Assembly (NCBI GenBank): GCA_963809485.1 | Contig: CAWEJX010000012.1 | Coordinates: 192,001-256,000, forward strand | Length of the DNA stretch: 64,000 nt | Source of the DNA: an uncultured Acidobacteriota bacterium | GTDB lineage: Bacteria; Acidobacteriota; UBA6911 | Direction: 5' to 3' | Shown: piece after piece, positions 50,445 through 60,760 of the stretch | Numbering within the stretch: the stretch's first letter is position 1 | How the letters are laid out: each line of letters starts with the position of its first letter | Translations under genes and position numbers: made by a program | Notes under the pieces: model-generated | What the model was told of the DNA's origin: nothing | The model's input: only the letters and a program-made list of their open reading frames with translations | The model's database searches: none

Positions 50445-52256
50445 CTATGGAGCCGTGCATGCGTAGGAAGATGCTGCATCAACAGAACCGCTCATGTACC
50501 TGGGATACATCGGATAGGAACACATCGGCAGACTGCGGCTCCCTGCTGTAACAGTCACAGACATCGAGGGCGCCAAATTTTTCTCAACCCAATCCACCAG
50601 CAGGCTGAGCCGGCTGAACGTGTTGGGAATAGGAACTGCCGGAATGGATTTTCCGTCGCCATCCGCAGCATAGTTCGTCCCGCTTAAACCGTGTCCGGTC
50701 TGGGGAAGCACGAAGAAGCGGGCAAACCTATCCACCTTTTTCCGTCTCATTTTCCTGATGACGGATTGGAAATAGTCCAACTGTGCGCCCGGGGACGCAA
50801 GCGTGTCATTTGTGCCAATGGAGACAATGAGTTTTCCTCCGCGCTTATAAAATTTATTCAGATCCGGATTCGTGGAATCCAGCCACCGGGAGATCTCCCT
50901 TCTCCTCGCATCAAACGCGCCGCCCTCGACATAGTCCAGCGGATTGGCCTTCAGGTTTTTCATCAGGAATCCGGTAACTCCCAAAGCTCCCAGATGGCTG
51001 TGCAACGGAGCGTCGTCTCCAGCCCCTTCCTGGCCACGATACCGGCTGGGCACAATCAATCCGCTGCCGGACGGATCGGTGTTCGGCACCCACATGCCGA
51101 ACGACTTGACTCCATTCGCCAGCGGCTTCGCGAATGGATACCGGCTGTAGACAAATCGCAGTGTTGAAATCTGACCATCGGTGAGGCACGCATTTGCGCT
51201 CGTGTCGTCAGGGTTCGGGTCGATATTGTTCGGGCAGCGCCTGTTTTCCCAGGGATTGCTGCCGCGATGCGCCTGTGTGCGATCAAAAATCGCGCGGCAT
51301 GCCATGTAGTTGTTGATGATTCCATCAGCCAGCCCGTCCAGATTGTCGCATTGACGCATAAACTCGCCGCGGATCGAATTCACCTTGGCCGGCGGCACCC
51401 AATGGGCCAGGGGCTTTTCCTGGATTCGAATCAGTTCGGGAGCAAGCATCAGCGAGGAGAAGTTTACAATCGGGACGTTGGCCGCAATTCCGTCATAGTC
51501 CGCCGGATACCTTTGAGCCACTGTGAGAGCTTCCCTCCCGCCTTGGGATGAGCCGAAGAAGTAATTGAACCGGTGCTTCTCCCCATAGATTCTCCCGATC
51601 AGAACCATGGCTGCATCATGAGTCTTTTTCAGCTGCATGTAGCCGAGGTTCTTCATCGCCTCGTCGTTCAGAGCCCAATCATCGCCTGAACCTGAAGGCG
51701 GTGCTCCTCTCTGGCTCATGCCACCTTGCGGCGCTGCACCCGGATCTCGGGCCATGCCGCGTCCGAAACCCGCACCGAAAACCATCTGGTGTCCCGAATC
51801 ACTGCCGTAGGTGGCGAATCCGAGCTGAATCAGGGATGTCCCCGGCCCCATGTCTACGCCGCCCAGCAGATTTGGGATCATACCGTTCATGCCGCCGCCG
51901 CCAAGTTGGGCCGCTCGCCGGCTCCAGGACGCCGGAAATACGACCTGGAAATTGATTGGTTTGGCGTTGGGATCCACAGGCGCCATTGCGCCCTTCACGC
52001 TGCAATAGGCCGGATTCGCTCCTGCTGCGACAGTCCACACTGGAGCATTGAGCGTCACTCCGGAAACCGGTTCACCGATGGCCGAGGCGGGAATATCGGA
52101 TCCCAGTTTTGCTGCCGTGCAATCCGATTCCGTTATGACTTTATCCTCCGCCGCAGCCGGTAGAGTCCTCGATTGTGCTCCGCTCAAGGCGCTTGAACTC
52201 ATCAGATAAAGCAGGCCGATTGCCAGAAGGGATGCTTTTCTCATGTTTCCATACAT
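50445..52256 (-). CDS. Tannase/feruloyl esterase family hydrolase (Cys-less active-site variant)
   Basis: YGSDSGH, YFFGSSQGGRE...AQRYPADYDGI, CD.LDG..DG, RGGKLI, GHG, LPMCSYP. Confidence 0.9.
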   Translation of the reverse strand: MYGNMRKASLLAIGLLYLMSSSALSGAQSRTLPAAAEDKVITESDCTAAKLGSDIPASAIGEPVSGVTLNAPVWTVAAGANPAYCSVKGAMAPVDPNAKPINFQVVFPASWSRRAAQLGGGGMNGMIPNLLGGVDMGPGTSLIQLGFATYGSDSGHQMVFGAGFGRGMARDPGAAPQGGMSQRGAPPSGSGDDWALNDEAMKNLGYMQLKKTHDAAMVLIGRIYGEKHRFNYFFGSSQGGREALTVAQRYPADYDGIAANVPIVNFSSLMLAPELIRIQEKPLAHWVPPAKVNSIRGEFMRQCDNLDGLADGIINNYMACRAIFDRTQAHRGSNPWENRRCPNNIDPNPDDTSANACLTDGQISTLRFVYSRYPFAKPLANGVKSFGMWVPNTDPSGSGLIVPSRYRGQEGAGDDAPLHSHLGALGVTGFLMKNLKANPLDYVEGGAFDARRREISRWLDSTNPDLNKFYKRGGKLIVSIGTNDTLASPGAQLDYFQSVIRKMRRKKVDRFARFFVLPQTGHGLSGTNYAADGDGKSIPAVPIPNTFSRLSLLVDWVEKNLAPSMSVTVTAGSRSLPMCSYPMYPRYMSGSVDAASSYACTAP

Positions 52257-52361
52257 CGTTGTTTCTCCGGTTCTAATCCCCTGCTTTTTCAAATTGAACT
52301 GGCGGATTATCGATGAGAAATCAGCAGGGGATGGTTCCTCATAACTCCTGGAATTGTGCGG

Positions 52362-53975
52362 TCAGCGGCAGGAAAAGCTCTCCTGGCTGTCCGGGCTGCC
52401 GCCGTCGAATCGAGCCACCCTTGGATAGGGACACAGCGGACGGGTCTTGCCGGGGAATGCTCTGCCCGAGGCGGTCACGCGGTCCGGAGCCTGTCCCTTC
52501 TCAACCCATTGCTGGATCGCCGCGAGCATGTCGAACTGGTCCGTAGATTCTCCGCCGCCGCAGTGGGTCATACCGGGCACGAGAAACAGACGGGCCCAGG
52601 ATTGCGGGCCCTGGCTGTCACGAGGCGTTAATTTCTCGTACCATTGAGTCAGAGCGCCGGTCCACATGGCCTGGTCCGATAGTCCGTGATACACAATCAT
52701 CTTGCCGCCGTGTCCCGCGAAAGGTGGAATGCAGGGTGGCCACCGCGTCATTGATGGCGGCGGTTTCGGCGAGGGTGCCCAAATCACGGTCGAAATCGAA
52801 ACGCAACGGGTCAACGTCCGGGATTGGGCGGCGTCATGGAGAAAAGACGCAGCGTGTCGCGGCCGAGGGACGCATTGGCAGGCGTGCTGGCTGCGGTACC
52901 CAGATGCATGGCCCGCCAGGAAGGCAATGCAATCCCCGTGTCATACGGAGTCGCACCATAAAGCAACTCGCCCCGTGAATTGCGAGCGCCTCCGAGGATG
53001 TCCTCCAGCCCCTCGATCTGCTGAGCCGAGAGGCAGGGCTGAGTCCCGGCGCTGTTTTCCGATCCGCACTTCAGGGAGGCCGGATCGAAACGACAGGCCT
53101 TATAGTCATTGATCATGCCATCCTCGAGTCCGTCAAGCCCATCGCATTTCTTGAGCACGCCTGACGCAACGGCCTTCAGTTGCGCATCCGTGAAAGCCTC
53201 GGACAATTGCGGCTTGCCCGTCGCGTCCTTGGGCGCAATCCGCGTGACCGTCTGCAGGCTCCAGATCTGGTTCATGGCAACCCGCGTCAGGTTGAATGAA
53301 GCATTGCCGGAGACCACGCCGTCGAACTCCAGCGGCAGGCGTTGAGCGGCCAGCATCGCCTCGCGCCCGCCGGTCGAGCAACCCATGAAGTAGGTATAGT
53401 CGGGTTTGCGTCCGTAGTAGCGGTTGATGAGCGACTTTGGCTTGGCTGGTCGTACGTTGCACCGCCTGGTAGGCAAAATCAAGCTTGGCCTGCTGGTCCA
53501 CGGCAAAGCTGGCGTCTACGTTACTGCGGCCGCGATGGCCACCGTCGGTCGACACAACTGCAAAACCACGTGCCAGTGCGGACGGAAATCCGGAGACAGA
53601 GCCGAATGCAGGATTCAGCGTTCCATCCAATCCACCGCCGCCCTGAAACAGCAGGCGTCCGTTCCAGGCCAGCGGCAGCCGCAATTCAATGCCGGTGCCA
53701 TAGCTCACGCCCTCTATTCCGGACGGGCGCGGGTCCATCACCACGCGAAACAGGCAATGGGCGGGGACCTCCGTGGTAGCCCCTCCCGGTCCTGCGGGCT
53801 GGCGTGAAGCCGCAACCCACTGCGACGTGTCGACCCGGAAAACCTGCGTGGAAAGTGCGGCAAGAGACTCGCAGGCCTTGCCGGAATCCTCCCCGTCAGC
53901 TAAGGCATGGTTCGACATAAGCAGGATGAAGGCTGCCGCACAAGCGCAGCCTAATGCAGTTCTGATGGCGATCAC
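52362..53975 (-). CDS. Tannase/feruloyl esterase family hydrolase (frameshifts near 53450, 52815 and 52730)
   Basis: WNGRLLFQGGGG, STDGGH, GCSTGGRE, GGKMIVYHG, PGMTHCGGG and RPLCPYP across frames. Confidence 0.85.
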
Positions 53976-54003
53976 GGGTACCCCCTTTTCTATGCCGATG
54001 CTA

Positions 54004-55552
54004 TTATGCCCAGGGCTTTTCTGCGGCAGACTGTTCGCCCGCGACATGACCGAAGACGATACACTCGAGGATGTTGCCGCCGCCCTGATAATGCCAGCTA
54101 TAGATAGCGCCCAATTCGCCGGCGGAATAAAGCCTTGCGAATAGGCTTTCGGTTTGTATCCAGCACCTGGCAACTGCGGTTGCGTCGGGGCCCTCCCTGG
54201 GTATTGGTGAATGCGGGAACAAACTCGGTCGCATAGAAAGGCGGCGTTTGAATCGGCGCCATCTTTTTAGGATCCCGGCCGAATTCCGCATCATTTCCCG
54301 CAGCACAGGATTTGTTCCAGGCGGCGACGGTTTTTTCGAGAGTTTCGGGATTCTTCCCGATTTTCGCTGCCAATTCCTTCAGCGTGTCGGCCTTGACGAT
54401 CCAGCCCTTTTCAATTTCCGCGCTGTTGTCCGGGCTCCAACTATATTTCTCTATCTGGGCCCACCAGCAGAAAATATAATTCGGCGGGTATAGTGGCCCA
54501 CTCTTTCTCATCGCTTCGTCGAAGACCAGGTGAACGGGAAGCGGAGTGGGGACGTGGATGTAAACTCCGTGGAACGGAATTTTGCCGTGTTTCGTGGAAT
54601 AGGTTTCGTTGGTAAATCGCGTGGCATCCTTGGCGATCCAGATCCAGTTTTTTCCCGGAGGAGAAAAACTGTAGCCGAAGGCCCAATCCTTGCCCGGGAT
54701 TCTGAAATTGAAATCCGGGCCGGCCTGGTTGTCCATGTGCCAGAGGTCCGCGCCGATAGCCATCGCCATCCGAATCCCGTCGCCGGTGTTGTATGGACTT
54801 CCCTTGGTATACGCATACGGCATCCCGAGATAGTCGCGTATCATTTCCTGATTATTTTCAAAACCTCCCGTACAGAGGACCACGGCTTTCTTCGCTTTGA
54901 CGTATAACTTCTTGCCTTTGTTTTCAGCGACCACTCCCCGGACCTCTCCGGTTTTGACGTCTCGAATCAATTCAACGCCAGGCGTTTCATAATGGATCCT
55001 GATTTTCCTTTTTTGGAGAGCGTTCTCCATTAGCAGAAGCCATAGGCGTTGAAATCCGTTCCCTTTAGTGGACCAACAGACGAATCCGGCACCTCCCGGA
55101 AATTCCGGATATTCTCCCGCCGTTGGAATCGTCCTCATATCAGCTCCCATTTTTGTGAGCCATTCGGTCACTTGGACTGAGTGTTCGTGGAAAACCCGAG
55201 TCATGTCATCCGGGATAGGGAAGCCATCGCTGAGCGCATTCTGATATTCGACGGCCTTATGGGTGTCGGAAGGGCACCAGTAACCTTGACCGCTCACCCG
55301 TGTGTTCCCGCCGGCATGAGCTTCCGGCGCCTTTTCCAGCATCAGGACGTCGGCTCCCTGATCATGGGCCGTGATTGCGGCCATGAGGCCTGCCGCGCCG
55401 ATGCCGAGCACGACGACACCGGCCTCATAATCCCAGTTTTTAACCTGGTCGAATTGAGTTGCTTCAGCCTGATTTGATCCAAGCCCGGCCAGCGCGGCTG
55501 TGCTCATTCCGGTTGCCGTAGCCTTAAGGAATTTGCGTCTCGATGTTTTCAT
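54004..55552 (-). CDS. Tat-exported FAD-dependent oxidoreductase (frameshift near 54170-54140)
   Basis: TSRRKFLK, GIGAAG, GGNTRVSG, NTQGGP; the C-terminal RLYSAGELG...AEKPWA is in an adjacent frame. Confidence 0.85.
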
Positions 55553-55847
55553 GGTTTCTTCCCTTTCCCAAATGGTCGCCAATGATGGATCCCTTGCAGA
55601 TTCAAATGCCGCTAATTCAATGCTGAGGAACGATTCGCCCCGACAAGTGAGTCAGCCCGGCTTCGCTGCACGGATGGATGCACTGGAGAACGGGCGAGGA
55701 TGAGTGTCACAAGGCTGATTGTCGGATTGTTCAATACCGCCATAGATTCCCGGGCCGGCAGAAAGTGCGACATGTCACTCTGATTCCGGGCAGCTTTTTG
55801 TTTTCGCGACGGTGTACCAGTGGCAGGCTATAGAAACAATTATGGCA

Positions 55848-55900
55848 TTGTCAAGAAATACGTCACAGATTTGTGACAACTATTGTGTTAAAGTCTTGAC
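55848..55900. promoter_or_regulatory. Conserved promoter block with palindrome GTCACA-GATT-TGTGAC (55862-55877)
   Basis: Homologous to the reverse complement of 38030-38075; between divergent genes. Confidence 0.7.
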
Positions 55901-55983
55901 CTCGGCATCTCGCAAAATGACTGGATATGCAAAACCACATTTTTGCAGCAGGTTAACAAGAATACCCAAGGAGGTTGCAGCTC

Positions 55984-57336
55984 ATGAAAAGGTCATTGGT
56001 CTATGCTTTGCTGACAACCCTGTTCGCCGGCGGAACTAGTTTATCCCAGACCTACAAAGCCTCGAGCGATTCCAGGTCGGCCGTAAAGCAGGAGATGGTC
56101 CCCGCCCCACTGCGCTCGGCCTTGGCGCCGCCGTTTCCGGCACATCCTTCACCCTATAACTTCCCGGGTGTTCAGTATCCGCGGGTTGAGGCCGACTCGC
56201 GGGTCACCTTCCGTTTCAAGGCCCCCAATGCACAGAAGGTGCAGGTCGCTCTCGTCACTTCCGGGTCGAATTCGCTCCAGCCCCTTCCGTTTGATATGGT
56301 CAAGGGCGACGACGGCGTGTGGACCTATACGAGCGCGCCGCAGAGCCCCGGGTATCACAACTACTGGATGCTCATAGATGGGGCAGCCGTGCTGGATCCG
56401 GCCACCAACGCATTCATCGGCTACGGCCACATGTGCAATGCCTTTGAAATCCCCGAGCCGGGCGTCGATTTCTACGATTTGAAGGACGTGCCGCACGGAA
56501 ATGTGCTGATCAAGAATTACTTTGCCAAGACGGCCAATTCGTGGCGGCGCATCTTCGTCTACACGCCCCCGGGATATGACACCAACACCTCCATCCGATA
56601 CCCGGTGTTGTATCTGCAGCACGGCGGCGGCGAGGACGAGCGAGTCTGGATTGAAATGGGCCGGACTAACTTGATCCTTGATAACCTGCTTGCCAAAGGC
56701 AAGATCAGGCCCATGATTGTGGTCATGGAAACCAGTGCCGTGGGAACCCCGGGAGGCGCTGGTGCAGGGCCCGGCGCTGCGGGCGCCGGCCGTGGACCCG
56801 GGTTTGGCGGGTTCGGCGGTCCTGGAGGCGGGCCTTATGGGCAGCTGATGGTCAACGATTTGATTCCATGGGTCGACCGCAACTTCCGCACGATAACCGA
56901 CAAAGATCACCGCGCCATGGCGGGCCTCTCCATGGGCGGCATGCAGACCGCATCCGTCGCTATGGCTAACCTCGACAAATTCTCGTACATGGGGCTGTTC
57001 AGCGGCGGGGCCGCCATGGGATTCGGGCCCGGGGGCCCCGGCAAAACGGCTCCGGGCGCTGCACCAGCTGCTGCGCCTGCACCGTTCGACATCAAGACCA
57101 TTTACAGCGGCGCCATGGCCGATCCTGCAGAATTCAACAAGAAGGTGAAGGTCCTCTTCATGAGTTTCGGCTCGGAACCCCCTTTGGAGAACCCTGAAGG
57201 CCTGAAGAAACATCAGGAACAGCTCATCGCCGCCGGGATCACCAACAGCTATGTCTATATATCTCCCGGCACCTCGCACGAATGGCAGACTTGGAGGAGG
57301 AGTTTGTATGTCTTTGCTCCTCTTCTATTCAGGTAG
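55984..57336 (+). CDS. Secreted esterase (N-terminal CBM48/E-set domain plus CE1/enterochelin esterase-like domain)
   Basis: VTFRFKAPNA, VPHG, VYTPPGY..YPVLYLQHGGG, GLSMGG, HEWQTWRR. Confidence 0.9.
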   Translation: MKRSLVYALLTTLFAGGTSLSQTYKASSDSRSAVKQEMVPAPLRSALAPPFPAHPSPYNFPGVQYPRVEADSRVTFRFKAPNAQKVQVALVTSGSNSLQPLPFDMVKGDDGVWTYTSAPQSPGYHNYWMLIDGAAVLDPATNAFIGYGHMCNAFEIPEPGVDFYDLKDVPHGNVLIKNYFAKTANSWRRIFVYTPPGYDTNTSIRYPVLYLQHGGGEDERVWIEMGRTNLILDNLLAKGKIRPMIVVMETSAVGTPGGAGAGPGAAGAGRGPGFGGFGGPGGGPYGQLMVNDLIPWVDRNFRTITDKDHRAMAGLSMGGMQTASVAMANLDKFSYMGLFSGGAAMGFGPGGPGKTAPGAAPAAAPAPFDIKTIYSGAMADPAEFNKKVKVLFMSFGSEPPLENPEGLKKHQEQLIAAGITNSYVYISPGTSHEWQTWRRSLYVFAPLLFR

Positions 57337-57489
57337 AGTGCTTCCGCCTGGACCCGGCAGGGCGGAATTCACTCAAAGACTCAAAGCCGCCAGGTCTTGA
57401 AAAATGCCCGGAATTCATTGCCGGAATTATCAGGCTTTTGCCCCTATTAGCATCGGGGTCGTAAGCGATCCAGCCAGCGGGCGATTTCT

Positions 57490-57888
57490 TCAAACCTTGC
57501 GCTGCTGAAGCGAGGAGACCTTCGCCAGCTGAGGATAATCGCGGTCGCGGTGCAAAATGGTCAATCCGTGGCGCAGGGCACAGGCAGTAATAAGGCAGTC
57601 AATGGATGATCGGATGGTCAGTCCCTGGCGCCGGGCCGCTCGATATAGCCCCACAGCTTCTTCCACAATGGATATGCCGAGCGGCGATTCGACCACCGGC
57701 AAGGCCAGCATCGCATCCCGGGCTGTGCGGAATGCACGCTCGTCACGGAAACCCTGCAGTACCTCCTGAATCACAGGCAAACAGGTAACAATCTGATCGA
57801 ATTCGACAATCCTCTCCAGGTCAAGCGGATTTTGCCTGCGAAAGACTTCAATCCAGACGGAAGTATCGAGGATGACCAGTGGGCTCAT
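57490..57888 (-). CDS. vapC: PIN-domain toxin
   Basis: ILDTSVWI, QEVLQG, IDCLI and LHRDRDY PIN acidic motifs. Confidence 0.92.
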   Translation of the reverse strand: MSPLVILDTSVWIEVFRRQNPLDLERIVEFDQIVTCLPVIQEVLQGFRDERAFRTARDAMLALPVVESPLGISIVEEAVGLYRAARRQGLTIRSSIDCLITACALRHGLTILHRDRDYPQLAKVSSLQQRKV

Positions 57889-58104
57889 CTAGCGGCTCCT
57901 CCGGCGCGGTCGATCCCGCCTCATGACAGCGAGATCTCCTTCCCAGAGGCCGGAGCCGGCGAGCTCGAGGATGCGTCGAGCCTTCGCGCGCCGGACAAAA
58001 TCCCGCAAGGCCATGTCCACCGCCCGGCTATATGTTTTTGCCCCCGCTGCCCTGACAACCTCTTCCAGTAACTCCTCATCAAGCACAAGATTTGTACGTT
58101 TCAT
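57889..58104 (-). CDS. vapB: VapB-type antitoxin
   Basis: MKRTNLVLDEELL...WEGDL; immediately upstream of vapC. Confidence 0.88.
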   Translation of the reverse strand: MKRTNLVLDEELLEEVVRAAGAKTYSRAVDMALRDFVRRAKARRILELAGSGLWEGDLAVMRRDRPRRRSR

Positions 58105-58161
58105 GTGTATATTATATATTATCGAAAAAGGATCGCCAGAACTTCAATTCAGCGAAGGGAA

Positions 58162-58225
58162 AGGGATTCGGGGGAGGGATTCGAGGGATTCGGGGGAGGG
58201 ATTCGGGGTCGGACCACGTTAAATC
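58162..58225. repeat. Short tandem repeat GGGATTCG x4 ending in ggggtcggacc
   Basis: gggattcg-ggggagggattcg-agggattcg-ggggagggattcg-gggtcggacc. Confidence 0.6.
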
Positions 58226-58540
58226 ATTTGCAATAAAGTGGAAAGGTGCAATTTTGCAGGTTTAAATGGGTCTTAGACGTAGAATTGATGAGGTTTTTGG
58301 GGCTCTAAGAAATCAGCGAGGTCCGTAGATATAATGAGAATCCTTACACTCAAAAAATGCCGCCCCAAATCGCCCCAAAGCCCATTTTCCAATCCCCAAA
58401 ACCGCACTATCGATAATCTTGCGAAGGCTTTATCGTGGTCCGTCCCCATTAGGCTCATTAGGCCCATTAAGATAAGACCATTAAGACAACGCTGATAACG
58501 GGCCAGCGGAAACTGGCAGAGAAAACTTCGGAGGCAAACC

Positions 58541-58930
58541 ATGGAACACTGGCTTGGAAAATATTCGGACTTCGCATACGGAATTATGCGGATTGTGGCC
58601 GGCATACTCTTCGCATGTCACGGGGCGCAGAAGCTTTTCGGCGCTTTCGGAAATGGCGCTCCTTCAACGCCGCTAATGACTGCGGCCGGCATCATTGAGT
58701 TCTTTGGAGGCGCTCTTATTGCCCTGGGCCTCTGGGCGGGGTATGCCGCCTTCATCTCGAGCGGCCAGATGGCTGCGGCCTATTTTATGGCTCATGCGCC
58801 CGGCGGGTTCTGGCCCATCGTCAATCAAGGCGAACTTGCCGTTATCTACTGTTTCGTCTTCCTGTATATCGCGTCCAGGGGATCGGGCAGGCTTGGCGTT
58901 GAGACATTCGCAAGAAAGAAGCGCGCCTGA
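58541..58930 (+). CDS. DoxX family membrane protein
   Basis: RIVAGILFACHGAQKLFG, IEFFGG, H..GFWP..N.GELA. Confidence 0.92.
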   Translation: MEHWLGKYSDFAYGIMRIVAGILFACHGAQKLFGAFGNGAPSTPLMTAAGIIEFFGGALIALGLWAGYAAFISSGQMAAAYFMAHAPGGFWPIVNQGELAVIYCFVFLYIASRGSGRLGVETFARKKRA

Positions 58931-59170
58931 TCCATTCCGTCTACGGCGCTTTCCCGGGGCCCAGGCATTTATTGCCTGGCGCAGAACTGCCGTGCGGATG
59001 AGGTGTCTCCAAATGGCACCAATGAATGGTATATTGTCTTCAGGGAACAGGAGTGTCAGGGTGCAGCCGGCCCGGCGGAAACCTGGAAGACGCGAGAAAG
59101 CAGCGGATCCCTGAAACTGCCGTTTATTTCTGTATCCCGCGCGCCTGGACATTGAATAGAGGAGAATTCC

Positions 59171-60685
59171 ATGGCTGACTTTTTGGACAATACGTTTACC
59201 CGCCGCCGCTTCATCAAAGATGCCGCACTGGCTTCCGCCTGCCTGTCGCTCGGGCCGTATTTCACTTTTGGAAAGGCTCAACGCACCGGCCTGATGAAGC
59301 GTCCCATGGGGCGCCTCGGCTTCGAAGCAACGACGCTGGGCCTTGGGGGGCAGGCTTCCCTGCAATGGACGCCCGCCGGTGTGGATCCCGTCAAGATCAT
59401 CCTGAAGGCCTTTGACCTGGGCGTGAATTACTTCGACACTTCGAACGTCTACGGCCCCAGCCAGGCCAATTACGGAAAGGCCTTCCGCGAACTGCACCTG
59501 ATTCCCGGCCAGCCCGGCTACCAGGAATCGCGCCGCCGTTCATTCTTTTTGACCAGCAAGACAATGCTGCGTTTTGCCAAGGGCGGCTACCAGAAAGAAG
59601 GCATGTGGAACTGGAGCGACGGGGCAAAGGGATCGCACGCCGTCGACGACATCAAGCGGACCCTGTCGCTGATTTTCGGCGATGGCCAGGGCTCCTACCC
59701 CGCGGGCGCTTATCTGGACATGGTTCTGGCCCACGCAGTCGAAAGCCAGGCGGATGTGGACGCTTTATACGAAGGATACGAACGTCCCGATCCGAAAGCC
59801 GAGCATATCGGCGCCCTCGCCATGCTGATGGATTACCGCGACGGCACCAATCTCACGGGGCTCAATCCCAAGGAAGAGAAGCTCATTCGCCATATCGGGT
59901 TTTCAGGGCATGCTTCGCCGGCCGTGATGATGGATATGATTCAGCGCGACCGCCGCGGCATTCTCGAAGGGTTGCTGGTAGCCATCAACGCCAACGACCG
60001 CCGCTATTTCAATATGCAGTACAACCTGATTCCGGTGGCCGCCGCCAACAATATGGGCGTGATCGCAATGAAGGTCTTTGCCGACGGCGCGATGTACGCC
60101 AAGCCGGCTACCTGGACCAACGGGCCGAACATGCTGGTTCTGAAGGTGGGGAGCAGCGATCTGCCCAGCGGACGGCTGGTCCAGTACAGCTTAAGCACAC
60201 CGGGAGTGCACACCGCCATTATCGGTACAGGGCACATTGACGCAAATCCGGCTGCCTGCCAGCTGCAGCAAAACCTGCTCGCCGCCCAGATCGAGCCCAA
60301 TGCCTTGAGCGTCTCGGACCGGAAGGAGATCGAAAAAATTGCCGGCGCAGCTAAGGAGGGCAAAACGAACTACTTCCAGGCCCAGGTCCAGGCGCTCGGC
60401 GCGCCGCGCAATGCCGCCGCCAGCCAGGAAATGCGCGGGCAGAAGCGGGTGGCGCAGCTGCATTGGCAAACCGCATATGCGGGGGATGAATCGATCCTCC
60501 GTTACGAAATCTGGCGCGACAACCAGAAAGCCGGCCAGGTCGCGCATAAGCCGCAGGTGCGCCAGACGCCGTTTTCTTTTGAAGAAGTCCTTTCCGACAA
60601 GGCCGCCCACCGCTACCAGGTTGTGACGGTAGATTCGGCCGGGCGTACAGCCAAAACCGAGGAGCTGCTTCTCTCAGGAGTTTAA
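59171..60685 (+). CDS. Tat-exported aldo/keto reductase with a C-terminal FN3-like domain
   Basis: TRRRFIK, LGLGG, GVNYFDTSNVYG, IRHIGFSGH, GVIAMK; tail LHW...YEIWRD...YQVVTVD. Confidence 0.85.
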   Translation: MADFLDNTFTRRRFIKDAALASACLSLGPYFTFGKAQRTGLMKRPMGRLGFEATTLGLGGQASLQWTPAGVDPVKIILKAFDLGVNYFDTSNVYGPSQANYGKAFRELHLIPGQPGYQESRRRSFFLTSKTMLRFAKGGYQKEGMWNWSDGAKGSHAVDDIKRTLSLIFGDGQGSYPAGAYLDMVLAHAVESQADVDALYEGYERPDPKAEHIGALAMLMDYRDGTNLTGLNPKEEKLIRHIGFSGHASPAVMMDMIQRDRRGILEGLLVAINANDRRYFNMQYNLIPVAAANNMGVIAMKVFADGAMYAKPATWTNGPNMLVLKVGSSDLPSGRLVQYSLSTPGVHTAIIGTGHIDANPAACQLQQNLLAAQIEPNALSVSDRKEIEKIAGAAKEGKTNYFQAQVQALGAPRNAAASQEMRGQKRVAQLHWQTAYAGDESILRYEIWRDNQKAGQVAHKPQVRQTPFSFEEVLSDKAAHRYQVVTVDSAGRTAKTEELLLSGV

Positions 60686-60757
60686 GGGGGACAGCCACCC
60701 GTGTCCCCCTGTTTTTTATGGCGGACTGGAACGGGGACACCAGTGACCGTCCCCCTT
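60684..60757. terminator. Paired hairpins between convergent genes (bidirectional terminator / REP-like)
   Basis: aggggga cagccaccc gtgtccccct-gttttttt and ggggac-accagtgacc-gtcccc-ctttt. Confidence 0.5.
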
Positions 60758-60760
60758 TTG

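Noticed and set aside
2195-54175. Multiple frameshifted genes (UGSC paralogs 1 and 2, partner B, AprA-like gene, ABC binding protein and permease, tannase, flavoprotein) as pseudogenes or programmed frameshifts
   Set aside because: Small indels, several in homopolymers, occur across unrelated and otherwise well-conserved genes, which best fits long-read consensus error. This cannot explain the four identically placed in-frame TGAs.
58162-58225. GGGATTCG repeats as a CRISPR array
   Set aside because: Units of 8-13 bp with no unique spacers and no cas genes.
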